A stretch of DNA of 64,000 bases, from IMG/VR virus record IMGVR_UViG_2061766007_000586, positions 32,001-96,000 of that record; one strand, given 5' to 3'. This DNA comes from a virus (lineage: Duplodnaviria > Caudoviricetes). Positions 57,289 through 64,000 of the stretch are shown one piece after another. Both the position numbers and the translations under genes were made by a program. Within the stretch, counting starts at the first letter, position 1. Each line of letters opens with the position of its first letter. The notes beneath the pieces were generated by a model, which saw only the letters and a program-made list of their open reading frames with translations, made no database searches and had not been told where the DNA came from.

Positions 57289-58977
57289 ATGCAAAATTTA
57301 ACTAATATATCACCTCAGCTTCGAGCTAATATTGAAGCAATTTTAAATCCTGTTCTAAGTGATAACTATAATTCTGTTAATGGTGTTTCTACAAATATCA
57401 AAATTACTGAAGCACCTAAACCTATTAGTTATTACATTGAAGTTACATTTCATAACCAACTTAAAGATGGTTTAAAGTATACTGATCCTAATACAAAAGA
57501 AGAACGTGATTATTTTGAATTTACGCCTATTCGTATGAATGGATTTCGTATTCAACAAAACTTTACTACAAATTATTTAAATCATTATGAAATCAATTGT
57601 AAATTAACAGTTGATCAATATCAATTGCTATTCTACAACTATAAAGATCTTCGTTGTAATGTTATCCTTTATTCCATGGATATCAATACTGGTGCTATTT
57701 ATGGAAAGACTGCTCCTGGAGAACCTATCTTGTTTATTGAAAATGCATATTGTATTTTCAAAGATAAAGTAGATCTTCTTAAGAAAAATCCACGTGGAAG
57801 TATTATTCCTACAGAAGAAGGAATGAATATTTCACATCAGGGACAATTATTAGACAACATTAGTTTTCAGTTAATTCCTGAAGAAGATTATCTTTTCAGA
57901 ATTGAAGACTGTAATGCTATTTTTACAAAGAGTACAGTAGCAGATGCTATCTGGGGTATTGCTAAAGTAGCTGGATGTGTTGATGCTATCATGCTTATTG
58001 ATCCAGATAATAAAACAGTTTATAATAATTTAATCATTCCACCTGTTTTGTCTATTCCTGATGCTCTTGAATTTTTACAAGAACATTATGGTGTTTATAA
58101 CAAAGGTTTAGGATTCTTCTTCCAGAGAAAAGCGTTATATATTTATCCTAAATTCGAAACTAATCCGATTATGCCCAAAGATAAAACGGAACAAAACGAT
58201 TGGAAATCTGAAAAAGATTCTGCAGTCTTAGCATCTCGTTCTATCTCAAGTACTTCTACTGTACGTGGTGAAGTTACTTTAAATACTCTTGGTGATGGTG
58301 GTATGGTACACATCTATATAGCTGGTGAAAATAACTACACTGGTATGCAATGTTATCATGGATTTGAAAATCAAACTATTCATATTGTCAGTAACGATGA
58401 AGCAACATTCCAGGATTTAGCAGATACTGGATTAGAGAATACAGGTTATGGTTATGTCATACATCATTCTGATCGTGATATTGATGTAGGTCGTACAGTA
58501 CTTGAAGCTGATGATCCTGAAAGTGCTAAATACGGAGTGTGGCCGATCAATATTCACGAAACGCCTAATAATGCATATCTCACTCAAGATCAGCAAAATA
58601 CACAAATTGGCATTACAAGTACTAAGTCCAATTTACAATATATGGATACAAAAAGTAATCCGTTTACAATTCAATCAGCTTTAAATTCTTACAGAAGAAG
58701 TATTGCTATCTTCTCTTGGAATGCAGCAATACCGTTTACCTTTAGACCTGGTTATCGTATCTGTTGTCACTATGATGGTGAAGATGAAACAAAACGTGAT
58801 CTTTCATCTAAAACTGGTGATAGTTTACAATACATGACTAGATCTGGTGTAATTGATGAAGTTGATTATACTTTTACAGTAACCAAATTTATTGGTCCTA
58901 TAACAAATTATTTCTGCAAAGCTCGTGTAACAGCTTCACTCGAAGTGGAAAAAACAAAGCATTTAGAATCGATATAA
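57289..58977 (+). CDS. phiKZ-like virion structural protein (baseplate-hub-like)
   Basis: DPDN...YNNLIIPP...FLQEHYGVYNKGLGFF...IYP and W...PG motifs of the phiKZ-group tail/baseplate family. Confidence 0.55.
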   Translation: MQNLTNISPQLRANIEAILNPVLSDNYNSVNGVSTNIKITEAPKPISYYIEVTFHNQLKDGLKYTDPNTKEERDYFEFTPIRMNGFRIQQNFTTNYLNHYEINCKLTVDQYQLLFYNYKDLRCNVILYSMDINTGAIYGKTAPGEPILFIENAYCIFKDKVDLLKKNPRGSIIPTEEGMNISHQGQLLDNISFQLIPEEDYLFRIEDCNAIFTKSTVADAIWGIAKVAGCVDAIMLIDPDNKTVYNNLIIPPVLSIPDALEFLQEHYGVYNKGLGFFFQRKALYIYPKFETNPIMPKDKTEQNDWKSEKDSAVLASRSISSTSTVRGEVTLNTLGDGGMVHIYIAGENNYTGMQCYHGFENQTIHIVSNDEATFQDLADTGLENTGYGYVIHHSDRDIDVGRTVLEADDPESAKYGVWPINIHETPNNAYLTQDQQNTQIGITSTKSNLQYMDTKSNPFTIQSALNSYRRSIAIFSWNAAIPFTFRPGYRICCHYDGEDETKRDLSSKTGDSLQYMTRSGVIDEVDYTFTVTKFIGPITNYFCKARVTASLEVEKTKHLESI

Positions 58978-58984
58978 ATAAAGA

Positions 58985-59018
58985 GATACTCCTACGACCG
59001 AAAGGTCGTAGGAGTATC
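58985..59018. terminator. bidirectional terminator
   Basis: GATACTCCTACGACC-gaaa-GGTCGTAGGAGTATC. Confidence 0.8.
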
Positions 59019-59026
59019 GAATAACA

Positions 59027-59572
59027 TCAATAACCAGTAAATATACCAGCATTACTCAAAACGTTGTACAGTAATCCAACAACAGCAGCAGCTGTAGGAA
59101 CAACATACGAACAATCTGCACAACTTGCTTCTGCATAGTTCAGATTGTTACGATACGATGCCCATACATTGTGTAAATCATTGGCACACATTGTTTTAAC
59201 AACACCTGCTGATCCTCCGCCACCACCGGAACCGGTGCCGCCAAGAGACCCGCAATACTGTGCATAACCTACGCTGCCACCACCGCTCATGCCAGATTGT
59301 GCAGAAGAGATAATTTCAGCTTTAGTAGCACCTCCGAGCTTATCAGCATATGCACACCAAGAAGCCTTTATAGGCCAATACGATGCAGATGCAATGCTAG
59401 AACTTTGTACAATCGGAGTAATACGTCCTGAACTTGCTGCAGCAGTCTGAGCGGTAAAATACCTTGTATCAAACTGCCTTGGATGAAGCTCAGGGTACAC
59501 AAGATTCTGCACCCAACCGGTAGCAGAACTAACCCACTCTGTAAGTTGAGTTAAATTAATTTCACCAGCCAT
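59027..59572 (-). CDS. small tail-fibre-related protein
   Basis: AYADKLGG and GVVK...VVPTAAAV module shared with the fibres; Gly/Ser-rich. Confidence 0.6.
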   Translation of the reverse strand: MAGEINLTQLTEWVSSATGWVQNLVYPELHPRQFDTRYFTAQTAAASSGRITPIVQSSSIASASYWPIKASWCAYADKLGGATKAEIISSAQSGMSGGGSVGYAQYCGSLGGTGSGGGGGSAGVVKTMCANDLHNVWASYRNNLNYAEASCADCSYVVPTAAAVVGLLYNVLSNAGIFTGY

Positions 59573-59589
59573 AATCTAAGTGTCCTTTA

Positions 59590-62500
59590 TTATAATTTTC
59601 TAGTAGATTTAAAGCTAACAAACGCCGTAGCAGCAGCGGTGACATTTATCACAGACTTTCCACCATTTGATAACGCTGCAGCGATTGCAGTACTTGCAGT
59701 TACACCAGCACTGATTTCAAACTGTGGTGTTGCATCAACAAGATCTGTACCATTCCAGCAATATAATGTTAAATCTTGCATATTAAATGCTAATGCAAAC
59801 GGAAGAGTAACTCCTCTATAACCAGCTGCTACTGTTCCATTTGGATTCTGTGATGTGTCGGTACAATACTGGAACTTCTTGTTTGTTGCGTCAAAGTACC
59901 AACATCCTGAAGATACAAGACTATTTGGCGGAGTTAAATCAGAGAAGATGCATTTAAGAACAAAGCAAGATCCAGCTATTCTTTCAGCACGATAGTCATA
60001 AACTATATTAGAATTATTTCCTTCATAGACTGAAGGATATTTCGTATAGTAAACACCCGTATCGTCTCTGTTAAATATTAACTGCTGCTTCCACCTATCA
60101 TGATATTCTGATGAACAGACGCTATCGGCTGTGAAATAATAAATTCCGTTACTAGCAGATGTATCTGTAAAATGGAAGAATACACGGTCTCCTGATCCAC
60201 CAAAACTGACACGTTTTGCATATGTTGTGTCAACAATTTTGTTGATATTGATCGGACCCTCATCCTGGAACCTACTCCAAACTGCATTCATGGTAGGCAC
60301 AACACATGTGTTACCACTTGTTGCAACAGAAGTTATACCACTATAAGTTTTAACAGCACCACTACCGTAGTTACCATTAGCAAGAACGTGACTATGGTTA
60401 GTACTCAGCTGTGCTGCTGTGTAAGAAGTATTACTAGTAGCATAACCAGTATGTGTATGAGTATATGGAGCATATGTATTAGCTGGGATTGTAGCTTGCT
60501 TACCTTCAAGTGAATTATTAAGTTCAACAATTGCATGCGCAAATCCCATAAATGTAGGAACAGCACATGCTGAGAAGAAGGATTGAACATTAATGTTCAC
60601 ACTAGCATTTGAAGCATATCCTTTACAATAATTGAAAAGGTTAGTAATCTCAGTAACGCCTGTAGCCGTAATAGGAGCAACCCAGCCAGGATAAGTTCCT
60701 GAACCACCACTATGTGTCCAAAGTGTAGATTCATACTTACTTCTCATAGCAGAGCATTCACTCAAGCCAGAGAAGAAATATCCATCAACAGCATAAGCTG
60801 CCTGATTACGTATATAACCGCTATGTGTATGACCAGTATCTGCTTTACTATCAAGTGCAGTCTGAAGACCTACAACCTTAGCAATTGCATGACTATGGTT
60901 GGTGCTAAGATTTGCAGCAGTATACGAAGTATTACTAGTTGCATAATTGTGAGTATGGTTAGACACAGCATACGTATCTGCATATACTTCGGATAAAGTA
61001 CCATGAGCAGAATCAAATCTGTACAGCTTACCATTTTCCATGCATGCCCATATTGCAGAATTCTTTGCACTTACTTTCTTACCCGTGTAATAGAAACCAT
61101 TCAGGGCTGAACTTCCAGTACAAGAAATAAAGACTGTCGCGTTATTTTGCGCAATAGCAGATACATTTGCTGATGTCGCACATACACTTGTTTTATAGAA
61201 CTGCTGTACAAACAAATCACCTTTAATATGATCAGCTCTAACATACTTTGCGCTCTCAGTATGTAATATGACATCTTCAATACCACAATTACCAATGTTA
61301 GCATTAGCAACACTTGACGATACTCCATCAAGCTTATTAGCTACATTAGTTAGTTGTAAAGATGTAGCATAATTACCAGATGTCTGCTTGCCATCAAGAG
61401 CAGTCTGAAGATTAGTTACATCAGAGATAGCATGTTGATGCGAAGTAGGAGCATAGTTGTGAGTATGTGTAGCAGCAGCATAGTTGTGCGTATGGTTTGT
61501 ACTAAGTTGTGCAGCCGTATAAGAAGTATTACTAGTAGCATAGTTGTGAGTATGACCAATATCTGCTTTGCCTGAAACTGCTGTACTAAGATCAGAAACA
61601 GTTGTTGCAAAAGTCATGAATGTAGGAACAGCACAACCACTCAGGAATGAACCGAAATTAGCAATACTGTATGAACCAGAACCACCAGAAATGGTATAAC
61701 CTCTACCAAGACTGAAAGTATTTAACACTTCGGTCATACCATCAGCGGTAATAGGAGCAAGCCATCCAGGATATAGACCAGTAGAGTTGGTATTACTATC
61801 AAACCAAGATGCATTTTCATATCTTGATCTCATAGCAGGACAATTAGATAATCCAGAGAAGTAGTATGCATTAACTGCAATACCAGCATTTCTGGATATA
61901 TAATTAGTGTGACTATGTGCAACAGCTGCTTTACCGTCAAGAGTAGTTTGTAAATTGCTAATTTGTGCAATTTTGTGACTATGTGTAGCAGCGGCATAGT
62001 TGTGCGTATGGTTATAAGCAGCATATGTATTAGCTGCGATAGTAGCTTGCTTACCATCAAGTGCAGTTTGAAGACCAGTTACATCAGAGATAGCATGTTG
62101 ATGTGATGTAGCAGCATAGTTGTGAGTATGTGTCTTAGCAGCATATGCAGTATCATGGTTGTGACCAGTAGCTGCTTTGCCTGCAAGTGCATTATAGACA
62201 GCAAAGTTATTAGGAACAGAATTATCTCCTGGTAACTTTGAAACAACTGTACTAGTCCAATAAACACCACCTTGTTCAGTCTCTGTAGCAGGTCTAACAT
62301 AATGGACATTTCTGAGTGCATAACAATCTGTCCAGGAAGTATTTCCACTGGTAATTGTTGAATATATGGTTGAATATATCAAACCCATAGGTTCTATCCA
62401 AAGCTGACCATTTTTAAAAGTAAGCCTGGAGCCAGTACCACGCTGATAAAAACCATCTAGCTTGTGGTTATTTGCAACTGTAGCAAATATGATACCTGCT

Positions 62501-63990
62501 TGATCACCTGTAGTTACTCCGGAACTCAATGCGGCAGAAGTTGCGTATCCAAATGTACCTCCAAAAGCTCTAACTACTGGAGCAAGACCTAAAGCTTTAG
62601 GTGTTATGTATTTCGTAGTATTTTCAGCAAGAGCAACATCAGCAGATGTTGCAGCAGTGTACGTAGAATTAACTGTACTTACATAATAAGTAGTAGTAGT
62701 ACCGTTGACAGAAGAACCAACTGTAACATTGTCATTACCTTTAGACACAACAGTCACATGATCTTGAGCAGCATAGTTGTGAGTATGACCAGTATCTGCT
62801 TTACCTGCAAGAGCATTGTACACTGCTCTCATGGTAGGAACAATGTTCTTCGTCTCTTTCAGAGATTGCGGCCCATTTGTCGCATTAGAAGTAGTAGAAG
62901 TAATACCATTACTTGTGATAATTACACCAACAGTAGTACCATCACCAGTACAATCAATACCAGATACAACTGGGGTTCCTGTTTTGACAGCATTTGACAT
63001 ACCAACACCGTTGGTAGCCGAAACAGCCGAAACTGCCCAAGTATTAGTATCAGTAGTACTTACATAGTAAGTAGTTGTACTACCATTAACTGCTGAACCA
63101 ACTGTAACATTATTATTACCTTTAGATACAACAGTAATATGATCTGATGCTGCATAATTGTGTGTATGATTAGTTGCAGCTTTGCCTGCAAGAGCTGTAT
63201 AAATAGCGTTCATTGTAGGAACTACAGAAGTATTACCACCTGCATTAGAAGTAATAACACTAGTTGTAATAACCACACCCTTGGTAGAACTATCACCTTT
63301 AGTATCTATGCCGCTAATAATGACATTACCAGTAGATGCATTTTGGGTTAAACCATTAGCGCCTTTAACAGAAGAAACAGCCCAAGTATTGGTATCAGTT
63401 GCATTAATTGTGATTTCACCACCTACTCCTGTAGTAGGACTCAGTGTAATGTTAGTACCAGCTACAATCTTGGAGACATATGTTCCATTATGATTGTGAC
63501 CAGTAGCTGCATAATTTCCCTTTGGCTGGAAATATGCAGTAGTAGCTGCTACAGTAGGAACAAACTCATTTGTATTCGTATTGGTATTGATTGCAGATGC
63601 CATAGCTTTAGGCAGAACAATCTCCACAAGGTTGGTACCATCCCAACGGAAGGACTTACCATTAGAAGTATACAGAGTGGTCGTATTAAGAGCAGAACCA
63701 CCGTCCCAAACGAAAGAAGTTCCATTATGCACAGTTGCATAAATCTTCTTAGACGTAACGTTAATGTAGTGATAATCAGCTTGCTGAGAAACTGTTGCAA
63801 CACCTGCATTAGACGTCACGGCTGCATAAGGAACAATATCATCCACAGCGTTTGGGATAAACTGAGGACGAATTTTTTCACCATCGAATAGTTTGACATT
63901 CCCTGCGGAATCTGTCATATCGATGGTACGGACTTTCGGGAAAAGATTATTACCCGCACCGTCCTTTATTTGAATTTTACCATTAGCCAT
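59590..63990 (-). CDS. long tail fibre protein (1466 aa)
   Basis: Many HTHNYA and HxHAISDVTxLQTALDGK repeats, VPTMxAVY modules, terminal (F/Y)xW(D/N)GTxLV motifs. Confidence 0.8.
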   Translation of the reverse strand: MANGKIQIKDGAGNNLFPKVRTIDMTDSAGNVKLFDGEKIRPQFIPNAVDDIVPYAAVTSNAGVATVSQQADYHYINVTSKKIYATVHNGTSFVWDGGSALNTTTLYTSNGKSFRWDGTNLVEIVLPKAMASAINTNTNTNEFVPTVAATTAYFQPKGNYAATGHNHNGTYVSKIVAGTNITLSPTTGVGGEITINATDTNTWAVSSVKGANGLTQNASTGNVIISGIDTKGDSSTKGVVITTSVITSNAGGNTSVVPTMNAIYTALAGKAATNHTHNYAASDHITVVSKGNNNVTVGSAVNGSTTTYYVSTTDTNTWAVSAVSATNGVGMSNAVKTGTPVVSGIDCTGDGTTVGVIITSNGITSTTSNATNGPQSLKETKNIVPTMRAVYNALAGKADTGHTHNYAAQDHVTVVSKGNDNVTVGSSVNGTTTTYYVSTVNSTYTAATSADVALAENTTKYITPKALGLAPVVRAFGGTFGYATSAALSSGVTTGDQAGIIFATVANNHKLDGFYQRGTGSRLTFKNGQLWIEPMGLIYSTIYSTITSGNTSWTDCYALRNVHYVRPATETEQGGVYWTSTVVSKLPGDNSVPNNFAVYNALAGKAATGHNHDTAYAAKTHTHNYAATSHQHAISDVTGLQTALDGKQATIAANTYAAYNHTHNYAAATHSHKIAQISNLQTTLDGKAAVAHSHTNYISRNAGIAVNAYYFSGLSNCPAMRSRYENASWFDSNTNSTGLYPGWLAPITADGMTEVLNTFSLGRGYTISGGSGSYSIANFGSFLSGCAVPTFMTFATTVSDLSTAVSGKADIGHTHNYATSNTSYTAAQLSTNHTHNYAAATHTHNYAPTSHQHAISDVTNLQTALDGKQTSGNYATSLQLTNVANKLDGVSSSVANANIGNCGIEDVILHTESAKYVRADHIKGDLFVQQFYKTSVCATSANVSAIAQNNATVFISCTGSSALNGFYYTGKKVSAKNSAIWACMENGKLYRFDSAHGTLSEVYADTYAVSNHTHNYATSNTSYTAANLSTNHSHAIAKVVGLQTALDSKADTGHTHSGYIRNQAAYAVDGYFFSGLSECSAMRSKYESTLWTHSGGSGTYPGWVAPITATGVTEITNLFNYCKGYASNASVNINVQSFFSACAVPTFMGFAHAIVELNNSLEGKQATIPANTYAPYTHTHTGYATSNTSYTAAQLSTNHSHVLANGNYGSGAVKTYSGITSVATSGNTCVVPTMNAVWSRFQDEGPININKIVDTTYAKRVSFGGSGDRVFFHFTDTSASNGIYYFTADSVCSSEYHDRWKQQLIFNRDDTGVYYTKYPSVYEGNNSNIVYDYRAERIAGSCFVLKCIFSDLTPPNSLVSSGCWYFDATNKKFQYCTDTSQNPNGTVAAGYRGVTLPFALAFNMQDLTLYCWNGTDLVDATPQFEISAGVTASTAIAAALSNGGKSVINVTAAATAFVSFKSTRKL

Positions 63991-64000
63991 AAGTTATATC

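Noticed and set aside
60400-63500. CRISPR array or diversity-generating retroelement in the repeated HTHNYA DNA
   Set aside because: The repeats are in-frame protein repeats with irregular spacing; no adenine-only mismatch pair and no reverse transcriptase seen.

Overview
A 64 kb, AT-rich segment of a phiKZ-related, probably nucleus-forming jumbo phage (Chimalliviridae-like). All family calls come from motif and synteny recognition by eye; no database search was run. Core genes: the DnaB helicase / head protein / major capsid protein trio, the N-terminal subunit of the split family-B DNA polymerase, RuvC, SbcC and SbcD, large terminase, a chimallin (ChmA)-like shell protein followed by the non-virion RNAP beta-prime N-terminal subunit and a ChmC-like gene, and three tRNAs. 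Ser/Thr-rich tail-fibre genes lie at both ends. A class III ribonucleotide reductase fused to a glutaredoxin suggests an anaerobic host. Clusters of small minus-strand accessory genes follow TATATTAC early-type promoters, and CATTTTATG late-type motifs precede structural genes. Most notable: (1) an unannotated 323-nt ORF-less group I intron whose removal restores the polymerase SLYPS motif; (2) two acyl-carrier-protein look-alikes that both lack the phosphopantetheine serine, one membrane-anchored and one inside the chimallin/nvRNAP block; (3) terminator-like hairpins whose loops are antisense to a Shine-Dalgarno plus AUG; (4) a 23-bp exact copy of a capsid coding segment in the capsid 3' UTR; (5) unusual tRNAs; (6) two glycosyltransferases alongside very Ser/Thr-rich fibres.
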